Shown here: one piece after another, positions 24,165-37,789 of the stretch
Numbering within the stretch: position 1 is the first letter of the stretch
Layout of the letters: each line of letters begins with the position of its first letter
The notes under the pieces: model-generated
Database searches by the model: none
Told to the model about the DNA's origin: nothing
Seen by the model: only the letters and a program-made list of their open reading frames with translations
Assembly: GCA_012295275.1 (NCBI GenBank)
Contig: CM022672.1
Location: 22,320,001 to 22,384,000 of the forward strand
Origin: Chrysomallon squamiferum
Lineage: Eukaryota; Animalia; Mollusca
Length of the DNA: 64,000 nucleotides
Reading direction: 5' to 3'
Program-made: the position numbers and the translations under genes

Positions 24165-26459
24165 TTTATTCAGTACTACTACTGCAACTACACTGATATT
24201 TGTTACGGTCACGTTTCACTCCTGACTAGGATCAACAAGCGATACGCACCACAAGGTCAACGGTAGCTGGTGGGATTCGCCACGCACCACGGCCACATTG
24301 GTTTTCTTTTCCTTGCGTAGGGAGACCGTTTAACACACGGAACAGCCTCTTGGCATTCCAAATTACCCACAATGCACGACTGAACGCAGACGATGGTGGT
24401 GTGACCAAAGCATGGCGTAAATCCAGTTGTCTTTGTTTTAATTTTTTTCGAACGAAGTTTCTGGTGAAGATAGTTGATAAAAGATTGTTTTTTTCTCTTT
24501 CAATATTTAGCTGATTATACCTAGAAACCATTTAAATATGTGTTTAAAATGAGGATTACCTCTAAATATCTCATTAAATGCATCCAGTACATAAAATACC
24601 AAAGAATATGTAATGCTTGAAATTAACAACAGCAAATAACGTATGCATTAGTTTATATGAAACGAATAATAATAAGGATTAAGAAACAAGACCCGGAAGT
24701 GACCCATCACGTCCTTTGCACACGCATACCTATTTAAACAGCTTATTGTTCACGATACAGCTGCACTGGGCTGACGTGCCCAGCTCGCTATCAATCAATA
24801 CGGTGTCGTTAACGTGGGCCTACGTTGCTCAGTGATTAAGATGGAAAATAAAAAAAATGACATGGTTGTTAGCCTCGGCTCATGGGCCCCGTTACAAATA
24901 AAACATTTTACGTGTGAGATGTGAAAAAAAACGTTAAAGAAAAGAAACATTCTCTGATCTTCTGTTTCTTTGTCTGAGCATTTGTAAGGTATTCTACAAA
25001 ATAATATTTGACCCAAATCCAAATATCAAAAATAATAATAAATATTTTTTTGAAATCATGTAAGAACAGCTACAGTATATAATTACGCGCACGTCACAAT
25101 TGAGTCAGGCTGCTATTGCTTGTTCTGAATGTTAGCTGTTATTTTAGGTTTTATTTCAGTCATCCTTGTGAAGTATTCTTGATATGTTAGATTTTCATTA
25201 AATAATTTGAAAACTTGTATTGCAATGATCAGTACGAGTATAAGGAAAAGCGAAGTAGTGGAGAATAACTGCCCTCCCACACACACACACCCCTCCCGAT
25301 TTACAAAAGTACGTTTTCTAGCTTTGGCAAAATGCTGAGTATTTCTCGCTCTCGTTCCTGGCTCGGTACAAAAATGTGAACAGGAAACTGAAGTAATGGC
25401 TTCCCATGCATGAGTCATAAACCTTTTTGCCTTTGTTAGCATTGTAGAAAGGGCTTTAAAATAGTATCTTTAAAAATTATTTATGATTCTTTAATTTAAG
25501 ATATGTGTCATATATTATATTTATATTGTAATTTCATATTTATCATTTATTTTATATTTCTAATTTTTTTTTCTTTGTTTTGTTTTGTTTTTAATAGATC
25601 AGCAACAATAAGAGATATAATGAATAACAATCGGTGAAATGTATTTAATATTATATCGGTATAAAATCTGACAAATTCCTATCTTTATCTTATATTTGCA
25701 AGAGAGGTTATATATATATATATATATATATATAGATATATATATAAATTTAAACGTCAATCTACATTTCTACATGGAAATTGGTTCTTACTTTATTAAT
25801 GTGTTTTCTTTTAATTTTTATTTATTTTGTCTGTGTTTTTTTTCTCTCTCTATCTTTGTTTATTTATCAAAATCGATTTTTTAATAAATAAATAAATGAT
25901 ATATATATTTATTCATTTATTTAGTAAATATTCTTTATCGTTAAGTTTAACTGTAATATTTAATTCTCTGTGACAAAATGTAGTTACTGAGTTCATCGTT
26001 TTGGGTTTTTTTTTTTTTGTTGTTGTTTTTTAAATTTAATTTTGTTTCTGTTGTTCTATCGTATTACCTGTGCATGTTAAAGGTTTGTACTAAAGTGAAC
26101 TTTTGCACTAAATCGTGATTTATCTAACCGCATAATGCATACACCTTTACATATTTTATTGTTACCATCTCAATCTTCAGTTTGTCAGTTTGTGGAGGAG
26201 AGATCAGTTTCTACAAATTTAAATTTTAATTATGTAATGTAAGTTTAGCGACACACCTTAAGAACCTAGATTGCATCTTTTGAAAATTTCGACTTGTTTA
26301 ATAAGCTGAAAAAATTTGTATGCATATTTTCATTTACAGAAGGTTTTAATATGCTGACCCTTGTTCAGATCAATCATTTTAATTGTTCCTACTACTTCAG
26401 GTCGGAGTCTGTCAGTTTTTATTAATATTAAAAAACCATTAATTCCTATAACAATAACA

Positions 26460-26513
<54 letters not shown>

Positions 26514-26720
26514 TAATAATAATAATAATAATAAAAATAAATTAAATTAAATAAATAAGCATTCGAAAAGAAAAGAGAAAATGAAAGTAAAATCATCAGT
26601 ATTGTATATTAAAGCTTATCTCTGTCTTTATATTGATATGTGAAAAGAAAAATAATGTCTAAGTTTTGGTTGTAAAGTGCAAATATTTGAACGAATTCAA
26701 CGAATGAAATAATAATAAAA

Positions 26721-26755
<35 letters not shown>

Positions 26756-27578
26756 ATGGAATTCTTTAAAATGAATAGAGAAATGACAACACAATTCAGC
26801 TATAATAAACGTATCCAAATAATACATATATATATTCTCTTCATCCACACTCACAAAATAAATCGGCTTGAAATCGTTAACAACAGTATGACCTTGTAAA
26901 CCGACTTTGTCTTCTTTTTTTTTTTTCTTTTTCTTTTTATAGTCATTTGAAGTTTTTCTTCATAACAACACATGCAGTAGAACAGGTTTGGATGTTTCAT
27001 GAAACTTTAAGGTATGATTTCGTGTTTTTAATGCTTTAATTGTGTCTTTATTTGATTCTGATGATATTGTTGTTGCTATTTTTTAAAAGTATTGTCTCTA
27101 CAAGAATCTTAGAGCTCTTCCTTTTTTTAAGCAGTTTCAGAATTGCTCGTATTTTTAAAACTGATTACTTAGTGTTTGTTTGTTTGTTTGTTGCCTTTGT
27201 ATGGCTCCGAATTCTAGCTTGTTTTGAACAGTATAAGCGATCAAATCAAACCTTCATTAACAATATTACTGTTAATCAAATGCACATCTTAATACATTTT
27301 AAAACAAATTATATGAACAGTCTGTAATTCAGCAGGCCATAGCAGATTTGAAGTGTGGTGATTTGCATGATTCTAACCAGTCCCCATCACCTGCTTACCA
27401 AACTTCAGAGGTCTTGATGCGTATTTTTCTGTTTATGATAAAATTAAAATGTAAAATGTTCTTTGCTAATGAACGACAAAGAGTTGTTCGTCGTATATAG
27501 GCTCTCAATTTCCTCCGTCATCATCTGTATATACCTACATACCTACCTACATACATACATTATATACACAACATACAC

Positions 27579-27620
<42 letters not shown>

Positions 27621-28846
27621 GTACATACATACATACATATACATTATGTGTGTGTGTGTGTATATTCGTCGTCCTACATCGAATATTTAAGAAGACGTGT
27701 TGATATAAACATTAATAAATATAAGTTAATGTAGATTTAGAAAGATGCGAATACGTCGCTAATTAAAACATTAATTCCTTTGTCTTTAGAAACTGGAATC
27801 TTCGAAACCGCTGGTCATACAGGTGCACTTCCGTTTTTGAAATATAGCCATTGCTATTCAAGGGACATAACTGGTAGAAAATTCTGTACATTACAGAGTT
27901 ATCTCAACTGTTGTGCCGTTCGTCCTGTAACAGTTGGAAAACTTTGGTACATTACTATAATTATTTGACAGAAATATAAAACTAATTGTTGTACAAGCAG
28001 ATAATCTAGTTTGACAGCTGTTTAATGCATTTATGTCTAGGATATATGAAAATAAATCTAACAGTTTTCTTTCAGACATTAGGTGTTATTTTGAAATTTG
28101 TAAAACGTATATCTGGGTCAGCTAATTTCACTTTCTGTTGATTTGGTGATGGTTCAAACAAAGATAATATTTTACAGTAGTAAATACAGGCAATAATGCT
28201 TCATATTCGGGAAGGAAAGCAAGTTTAATCTGGCCCAGTATCTCAATTTATGGCTTATTCATATTTGTATATTTGAGTGCGCTAACAGGGTTCGATTTTA
28301 ACATTTCAGATTTAAAATGTTATGTGTGTATTCAGAACAGAATGATGGTAACAGATAAAGTAATTTTTCAGGGTGACTCAAACAGAAAACGTAGTCACAT
28401 CACCACATCACCTTACGTACAGCGATTAAAGTATTCATATATGAAGAAACAAAAATGACAAATGGTTGAAATAAATATATTTATTTTGTCAGTAATAACA
28501 GTAACAAGCAACCATTCTCATTAATCAAATAATAAATCTAAACGTTATAACAAACATGATCAACAAATTAATTCAAATATCAAGGCAGGTAACTCTACGT
28601 AACAACTTAGACTACAATAAATTGTGTTGAATAAACGGTAACTGTAAGAGAGAAAAGGCAGTAACAAAGAAAGAGGGTTAATCGTTATGTTGGTGTCTTT
28701 CTGTTGGATTATATGAAATTAAATATTTTAAAAGAAATGTATTTCAAATAAACAAAAGATATCAGACATCAGAAACTGTTGAATAAACACGAAACCAACC
28801 AGATCCATCACGCGAATCCAAAGATAAAATTTCAGACAGACAATCA

Positions 28847-29196
28847 TCAAAATCTGTGTAAATTCAGACGTCTTCTTTGGACAATCTCTCTCGCTTTGTC
28901 GAAAATGTGGACACCAGAACCGACTACGTAGAAGAAAAACAGAAAGCACGTCGTGCACACGGCGACAGTGAAAATAATAACACCGACAACCACACCCCAT
29001 ATGATGGTTACGACGCCCGAATGCTTGACGCGCAAATATTTACGAAAATATTTTTCCGATTCTTCCAAGTCAGACGGAGTTGTTCGTAATCGGTAAAATG
29101 GCGGCTTTGTCGAAGCTTGGTAGATTTCAATGTCTGGTATGTACTGTAGTTTCAGATGTATTGGGGCTGTTCGAATTTCTGTAGAATTCTTCATCT
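28847..29196 (-). CDS. ZP gene terminal exon (propeptide, transmembrane helix, cytoplasmic tail)
   Basis: Matches ORF 28847-29194; acceptor tatttcacag|AG, phase 1. Confidence 0.85.
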
Positions 29197-29245
29197 CTGT
29201 GAAATAAATAAAATATATATATATATATATATAAAATATTATACA

Positions 29246-29281
<36 letters not shown>

Positions 29282-29838
29282 GTAGGGATTGTGATAACGA
29301 CAGGTTATTGTACTATTTAAATTTTTCTTGAGTAAAATGAATCATAAAATATCAGTTTAAAAATAAATTTCTGTAATTAATAAAGTTCGTTGTTATTCCT
29401 TCTATTGATAAAATAGCAAGCTTAATGATATACGTTAATAGGTCATTTTTACGTCTATTATTAAGCTTGCTATTTTATCACTAGAAAGACATTTTCTAAA
29501 TATTCGTTACAAGTAACTGTAACAGTAGCACAAGTATGATGGAATTATGTTTTCTCACACATGAACACGTGTAGTTAACTAAGTATTTACTGAAAACATG
29601 TTTATTCAGCAGTCTTACCATAATCGACATTTCGTTTTCTTCTTTCTGATAAACAGTTATCCTAAAAAGAAAAAGAAAGGTGACAATTTCATGATTTAAG
29701 TTATTTGTTATTTCTATTATTTCTTTTCAGTTTTTTTTTTCATCATTTTCTTTTTTATTTTATATTTATTTACTTTTTTTATTATTTACTTACTTTTTGT
29801 AAAAGAAATTATTTGTTGTTGTTGTTGTTTATTGTTTG

Positions 29839-29874
<36 letters not shown>

Positions 29875-30224
29875 TTTTGTTTTTTGTTTTTTTTTTTTTT
29901 TTTTTTTTTTAAAGACGATTCTAAGGAAAGTACACATCGGGACTAAAAACAGCAGGTCATTTTGTTTATTTTTATTGTTCTTTTGAATCTGACATCCAGA
30001 CGAAATATTTTTATTATTTTTCACACAAAACAACAACAACAACAATTTGTTCATGGTATCCTTTTTTGTATTCTTTTTTGTTACTTTGATCTCGGTTACT
30101 TATGCTGCCGTGGTATCAGCAGAGTATGTTTGGTACGTCATTTTCGTGAATGCACCCTTGAATATAGTGACTGAATAATGTGGGGGAAGCGAGGAAGGAA
30201 GGGAAAGGGAAAAGAAAGAAACAG

Positions 30225-30279
<55 letters not shown>

Positions 30280-32516
30280 AGGGAGGAAGGAAGGTATGAA
30301 TTGGAATGAATTGGAATATTTTATCGCAGAGATTAAAAAGCAAACATTATTCTGTTACGAAAGTTCGTTAACAGATTAGTCACCATGTTTGTGGATGTTT
30401 GTATGTTTTTATACGTGAATCTTTGTTATTTCTGTGCGGCTGCATTTTGTATTATGAAAGTCATTAACGTAAAGTTACGAAAGTGTATCACAGCAGTCAC
30501 CATACAATATTTACGTATATTTCCATGTATGAATGTTTACATACGTTTGTCTGTATATGTTTCTCTGCAGCTGCATGTCGTTTTATAAATATGTGGATAT
30601 GAGAAGGGACAATGTACAAGTGGATTCACAATTACCCCGTCGCAGTTTGACCGACACGCTGTGAAGTTACAAGCGAACTGAATGCTGGAGTCCGGTGAAA
30701 GCTGAAAGGCGTCAAAGAAAGGACTTCTTGCCTGGTTACCCTCAGTCTTGAAACCTGCAGAGTCGGGGATGATAACTCCCTCGCCACACCTAAAAAAAAT
30801 GTAAATAAATCATGTTGATGAGACAGATACAGATACCCGTTTCGATCCAACTACTTGATAGGGATCAAATATTTGTAGTGTTTGTAGCCGTTCATCACCC
30901 AGAAAGATACCAAGCTCTAGAAGGATGAAATCACAGATCTGCTTCAAAGATGGCGAAAGGCAGTGGAACTTATGTGGCTGTATAAATCTAGGTACAGCTA
31001 TCTAAATATTGTCACTGAATTTCACTTGAAAACGCTAAGAAATTTTGTTGCAACTCAGTAGATCTAGTCACTATGCTAACGAGTGCCGCTTAGATAATAA
31101 CATTTCACATAAAATGCCATTACTCTCTATGTACATTTGACATGTATACAAATTTAAAATCACATATGACCAAAAGCTATAAGGGTATTACTTGCACAGG
31201 CGTCCATGCGTGCATTTATAAGTGTGGGTGTGTGGTGTTTGATGAGTGTGTATTTATTTGTGTATACGTGCGTTTGCAAAAATATATATTTCCAATTTCA
31301 ACCAATACTCCAGTAAGTAAATATATATATACGTTCTGACTAAGTGTACACTGTCATTGACAGAACAGTGAAAGTTAATTAAAACTGATGTAATATTGAC
31401 CCTCCTATAATTATTGGGTAAACTGAGTTTTGGTCCATTGCACTGCAGCTACTAACGCGAAGCCCGACTTCATTCTGATTACCTGAAAGAAGAAAAATAA
31501 AGTAAATTATATTTTATATTAAAATTAATTAGTACAGACACCAGACCATTTGTCCGGCTTCCATAAACCAGAAAAGCCGTTTTAGAAGTGTATTAGTATT
31601 TATCTGTAAATTTAATTTTGTTATTTACTGTTCATTGTTTAAGCCTTGGTCGAGAAAAGAAAGAAAATCCAGAAATCCGTGTCAACTCTGTTTCCAGTCT
31701 TTAACGGGTACAGTGTCTAGTATATATATCACATTGAGACTAGGATCTCAGAAACATAGAAATGAGTGTATCATTTTTAAATAAAATAAATCTTATTATA
31801 AAATATGAATGTGTATCTTTGGCCGTGTGAATAAATGGACTAATTATTTTGTTTATACAGCCAAGTTATTATTTTATTTGGTTTGTCCGATGAATTATCA
31901 GTAACAACAAAGCATGACAGTAAAATAATGTTGTTACAAAATATTTAAATATAATATCACCATTAGGACTGCTGATGTTTTCGCATACACTGCATTTATT
32001 TTTATTATATTTTTTTTTCTAACTACCACTAAACTGGATCACAGCCCTCACTAACCCAGTGACATCACGATCACGAAAATAAATAAATAAATAAAGAAAA
32101 GAAAAAAGAAAAGAAAGAAAGAAAGAAAGAAAAAGAAATGGCAATGCTCGAATACAGGTGTATAATCTTTTGTTATTACGTTTCGTTATTAATAACGACT
32201 GCCCGCAAAAACAAAAACCCCCCAAAAACCGCATAAAAACAAACAAACAACAACAACAAAAATATTTAGTAAATGTGGAGATTATATTTTGACAATGTCT
32301 TCATATTATACAAATGATTACGCTTCATTGTGTGTTGTGTGTGTGTTTGTGTGTTTGTGTGGATATGTCAGTGTAAATGTAATATCTACGTGTTAGTTTG
32401 GGTGTCTGTGTTTATATATGTTGTAAAAGAATGCAGGACAAAAACTGCTTCCATAAAATCGTAACGTTTAAAAGATATTATTTCTATTTAACATCTTGTT
32501 AATGACAGCACTTTTA

Positions 32517-32563
<47 letters not shown>

Positions 32564-33131
32564 CAACATTATCATCAACCTCATCATTATAATCATCCTC
32601 CTCCTCATAATGATAATATTATGATGATGATGCTGATGACGACGACGACGATAATGATGATGATAATGAAAATTCTGTTCTGTATTTTAAAGAGTTTTAG
32701 TCACATACCAGATATGGTGGCTAGTAGCTGTATCTTCTTTCCGATTGGAACTGGAGAATCAGCAAACAAAACTCCGTTAACGTCGGTAACATCCAGTGAG
32801 AACGATGACGTGGACTTGCTGCCCAAGTGATACTGCAGTTCTTGTTTTGTTATTAGTCTGAGATGTGATAGGAGCAAACACATTAAAACACGACAGATGC
32901 TAGCATAACCTGTTATAGACGAAATGCTGCACATCAACATATTAGAAACAGTAACTATTTAGTGACTAATTCATATCATCTGTAAAGCTGTTTGTATGTG
33001 TTTATATATATATATATGCATTTTGTGTGTGTGTATATATATATATATAATAAATAAGAACAACAACACCAACAAAAGTAACAGTAACGAAAATAATAGC
33101 AGCAAAAACAACTACTACAATAACAACAACA

Positions 33132-33190
<59 letters not shown>

Positions 33191-34741
33191 CTTACAAATC
33201 GGTACACAAAACCAAGCTTTTGTACAGTTTACGTACTTTTCCTAGTTATCGCTATCATTACATGTGTCAGTCAGTCAATACACTGGTTTTCTCGATTCTC
33301 TCTGTTCCTCTCGCATACTTTCTCAATGTACGCGCTTTCCTAATGCATCACCGTATCGTGATCTATACCGATAACTGCAACAACAGATAATTACATACCC
33401 AGGAACACGGTTTAGCTGCACGGAATTCTGGGACGTCTGGTTGTCAAGGCTGCACGTAACGACGTACTGATGACTGTTTTTCAGTATGACAGCTTCTGGT
33501 TTTCCCCATGCGACACGGACTTCTAACCAGTATATCTGACCTGTAGCTTTACGCTAAATCCAAAAAATAAAAATAATAATGATTCTCGTTTTAAAATAGT
33601 TTATCTGTGATTTAAATGTTAACGGTAAAAGACATAAATACGTTGCGTATATTCTCGATTTTTTGTCATATGCTGTTGTTATTTGCTAATAATAAAAATA
33701 CAAAAATAGCCCCGAAGAATTATTCCCTTCGTAGAAGTTTCCTTTGACCATTCTAACATTTCACGCCTGGATCCGCTTCTAACCCTTTCCATCGCTTTTG
33801 TAAGAAAATAAATTAATAAAAGTCATGACATTTCTGCATATTTATATCATGTACGTAATGCGGTCCAAATTCTGACAGAAAAACTCCTAAGCGCTCTATG
33901 TATAAACATATGTCCGTCTTTCTTTTTCTCTCTTTCCTTCTGTCCATCTCTATATATATATCCATCTGTCCATCTCTCTATATATATATCCATCTGTTCA
34001 TCTCTATATATATATATATCCATCTGTCCATCTCTCTATATATATATCCATCTGTCCATATATGTATGAATGAGTGTATGTACATACGCACATTTGTGCG
34101 TATGTATGTATGTTTTAATATATGTATGTCGTAATATGTATAATGGATATGTATATCGCTATGTATGTGTATACTGTGTTATGTATATGTATGTATCTAT
34201 GTGTTTATGTAGTTATGTATGTATGTATGTGTGTATGTGCGCGTGTATGTGTGTGTGTGTGTGTGTGTGTGGATGGATGTATGGATGTATACCTGTATGT
34301 GTAAATCACTTTCCCTCTTGTCCCATATCTTTCCGTCTCCTTTCTCTTTTCTTGTTTGTCGTAAGGTGACGCCTAGATTCAAAGGGTTAACAGCCCATTC
34401 TAACACAAGAGAGTAAGATACGCACCGTAAACAGACACTCTGTATTTGAATCTCCCAAATATTTAGCTTCGGCGTAAAAATTCACGTCATCTGATGTCGT
34501 AAACCCTGTCGTGAAGTTGTCTTTGCACAGCGCCGTTATCTGGGCGTAAACGTCGATCACCGCGTGTAGTGTCGTCGCACCGTGTATTGTATCTGAACAT
34601 GACTGAGTAACTGTAGTAAATAATTAAAATATATAAATACTTAGTTTGTCTTTGATAATCTTTGTCTGCATTTGTTTAATTGTTCATCATCATCACTGTT
34701 GTTATCGTTATCATTTCCTAATAACAGTAATAATAATATCA

Positions 34742-34786
<45 letters not shown>

Positions 34787-35451
34787 TATTATTATTATTA
34801 TTATTATTACTATTATTACTATTATTAGTAGTAGTATTATTAGTATTATTATTATTATTATTAGCAATAGTAGTAGTAGTAGTATTAACAAGTACTCTCA
34901 CAAATTATTTAGTTCATTTATGTATGTACGTCACGGTCTATGAGTTTGCGTATGCATATGTTTCTGCATTGTGACTTATATTTAAACAATCACACGCACG
35001 CACATGAACTTGCGTACACATACAAAAACAAACCCACGTTTTATAGCTCAAATAATAACAATAATAACATACATACATACGTATATTCTTACATACACAC
35101 CCACACACATACACATATATACACAGCATGCACAAAGACATGCATATGCACACCCATTCATACACACTCATGCACATATATCCATTCACCTCCAATAATA
35201 TATATGGTTACAAACATATATTCACACACACAATAGAGGCAACAAACATATACATACACAAAATACAGAAATGTTAAAAAAGACAGATAAACAGTTTACC
35301 TTGAATAATGTATGGATCAGTTGCAGAAGACATAATTATCTAAAAAAAAAAATTATATATATATATATATATATATATTATTATATATTATTATTATTAT
35401 TATTATTACTATTATTACTATTATTATTATTATTATTATTACTATTATTAC

Positions 35452-35487
<36 letters not shown>

Positions 35488-36026
35488 TATTACTATTATT
35501 ATTATTATTATTATTACAAATTGTACATAATCGCACCTAAATTAAAACAAATAATAAAAAATAGTGTCAATTTTTCAACATTTGCAGCTGATATGAAATT
35601 TATAAAATTTAATATAAAAAGGCAAATGACAAATTTAGCATTCGACGATAGAAGTGCAGTATCCAAACTATTTTTCATTTATTACAAGGTGTCAAACCAT
35701 ATTAAACATCTACATTCGTGAGTACGGGCACGGGGCTTCAGTTTGTAGATATGTGTGTGTGTTCGTAGATGTGAGTTTGTTCGTAGATGTGTGTGTGATG
35801 TGTGCCTGGTTTTATATATGTTTGCTTTAAATTTACCAACAGATACAACATCGCCGAATTTTTCATGGAACTGTTTTATTTTAAATAAAGATAAGTACGC
35901 ATGGGTTAGGAATACCTGACTCCACTATACGAAACTGCTAGTTAACTACATGTTGACTGTTCAAATCAAGAAAATACTCCGACTTACCAGAGATAGAACA
36001 ATCATGGGAAAGAAAACAAGTATCAT
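28847..36026 (-). CDS. Zona pellucida (ZP)-module type I membrane protein, mollusc VERL/VEZP (vitelline envelope ZP)-like, 398 aa, 9 coding exons
   Basis: Exons 36026-35988, 35339-35300, 34610-34426, 33553-33399, 32857-32709, 31482-31401, 30789-30636, 29661-29619 and 29196-28847 are all GT-AG and phase-compatible (1197 nt). Signal peptide MILVFFPMIVLSLIIMSSA; 4 Cys in ZP-N and 6 Cys in ZP-C (GGCGEG...SPFFDAF...IQFACNFTACRSNCDGDNC); furin site RRKR; TM helix VVTIIWGVVVGVIIFTVAVCTTCFLFFFYVV; short basic tail. Confidence 0.88.
29400..29486. repeat. ~87-bp hairpin in the last intron of the ZP gene
   Basis: 21-bp perfect arms tgataaaatagcaagcttaat (29406-29426) / attaagcttgctattttatca (29460-29480), extendable with mismatches. 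Confidence 0.85.
30636..30789 (-). CDS. ZP gene exon encoding the ZP-C core
   Basis: CGEGVIIPDSAGFKTEGNQARSPFFDAFQLSPDSSIQFACNFTACRSNCDG, with the typical F-x-AF and C-x4-C-x3-C ZP-C signature. Confidence 0.9.
35988..36026 (-). CDS. ZP gene first coding exon (signal peptide MILVFFPMIVLSL)
   Basis: AACATG context, CTG|GTAAGT donor; an acceptor at 36038 implies an upstream 5'UTR exon. Confidence 0.8.
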
Positions 36027-36215
36027 GTTTCAAAATTCTGAAACGAGAAATAGAATTTTTACTTACAGACAGCCTGAATTTTTTTTCAGTTTTAAAGGTT
36101 ATTAATGTAATGTTGCATTGTTTGACACGTTTTCCAAAGACAGCAAAGAGCAAACCACAGTCTTTGATTTTTTTTAATGTGTTTTTAGAAAAACTGTTAA
36201 AAGAAATAAAGTTAC

Positions 36216-36362
36216 ACACAGTCGGTGATAGACACAGGAGTACAATCCGACTGTACGTTACACACAAACACAGTCAGTCTCGTGTTTTTGTTTTTCATAT
36301 TCGCGGATAAAGGCTGTATTAACTACAATTAGTATTCCATGACACGATCAAGCTAGAACTTG

Positions 36363-36457
<95 letters not shown>
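36216..36457 (+). repeat. Dispersed repeat, copy 1 (~150-bp body followed by (GT)n(GA)n)
   Basis: Near-identical to 59151-59300 (tgtacgttacacacaaacacagtcagtctcgtg...tattccatgacacgatcaagc). Confidence 0.85.
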
Positions 36458-36458
<1 letters not shown>

Positions 36459-36922
36459 CACGTCATAAGACGCCCCACCCCAAAAGATCACATAACTATC
36501 TTAAGACAGTAATTTTATAAAATTATGCCGCTCTGTTTTAAGTGAATCATTATGGTAACAGTTGTCAAATACGATATTTTTAAAGGATATACGTTCTAAA
36601 TGGGAATATGTTTAATGAAATACGAAACCAACCTGTCTTATTTCTCTTTCACAAAAGAAGTATTAAACTGACAAGCACGTGCGCTCGAGATATAATGGCG
36701 ATACTGCACGTGAAGAATTAAATCAGACAGAATTAACTGAAATATGAAAAATTATGTTGCTATATATATATATATATATGTTATTCTTTTCTTTTTTTTT
36801 TTTTTTGGAACGGATGTATTTAATAAAGCTACTGTATGAATTTATAACACTATAACGTTAGATACTTAAAAAATTACTGCCCATAAGAGGAATTAAAAAT
36901 AATGATGATGATGATGATGATG

Positions 36923-36979
<57 letters not shown>

Positions 36980-37717
36980 GTTATTATTATTTGTTATTAT
37001 TAGTTGTTGTTGTTGTTGCTGTTGTTGTTGCTGTTGTTGCTGTTGCTGCTGTTATTGCTGCTGCTGCTGTTGGTGTTGTTTTTGTTCTGTGGTTGTTGTT
37101 GTAACATAGACGGTCTGGCAATCAATGACGTTTTAGGAGGGATCATCTTGATTTGATCCTTATTTCCCAGCCACCAAACGCAGTAAACAACTGGACTCTT
37201 TTGAAAAACAACAGAAAATAAATGCGTATTTAGCTAAATCTGCACGCAGTTATTACGTCGAGCACTGTGTGACAAATTTTAGAAACAAAAGAAAATAAAC
37301 TTCCAGTTTATGACATTCGATTCTTGCATTTAACAGTGCAAAATCAGATGTATATTCTAGAGTGTTTTTATACGTGATATTTAAAGCTGTTTTTCATCCA
37401 AAACGGCTACAAGATTGGTGAAAATACTTACTACTGGCTCTTCATTACCGATATCGTGGACCCAGTCAGCTATAGAGTTTTTGTTTTCATTCATGTTATT
37501 CGTTTGGTTTTGTTTAGATCATTATTATTTATTTTACTTTAATTTGCTAATTTATTACTTGATATAAATTTTAAAAAGTAATAGTGAAAAGTTCATATAA
37601 TAATTTTTAAGAAATCATTAATTAAAAATAACTAAAACATAATTACACAGTGCTTCACAAAAAAAACTATGTCACACATTAAACAGAGATAAAAACACAA
37701 CAAACCAATAAATTACA

Positions 37718-37789
37718 TGGAGATGCCGGGGGTTGAACCCGGGGCCTTTCACATGCGAAGCAAACGCTCTACCACTGAGCTACATCCCC
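37718..37789 (-). tRNA. tRNA-Ala (anticodon CGC)
   Basis: GGGGATGTAGCTCAGTGGTAGAGCGTTTGCTTCGCATGTGAAAGGCCCCGGGTTCAACCCCCGGCATCTCCA, 72 nt; cloverleaf, A/B boxes, G3:U70 Ala identity pair, downstream T-run. Confidence 0.95.

Noticed and set aside
30100-30172. Exon-like segment within a ZP intron
   Set aside because: Stops in all three frames; the flanking ZP exons join correctly without it.
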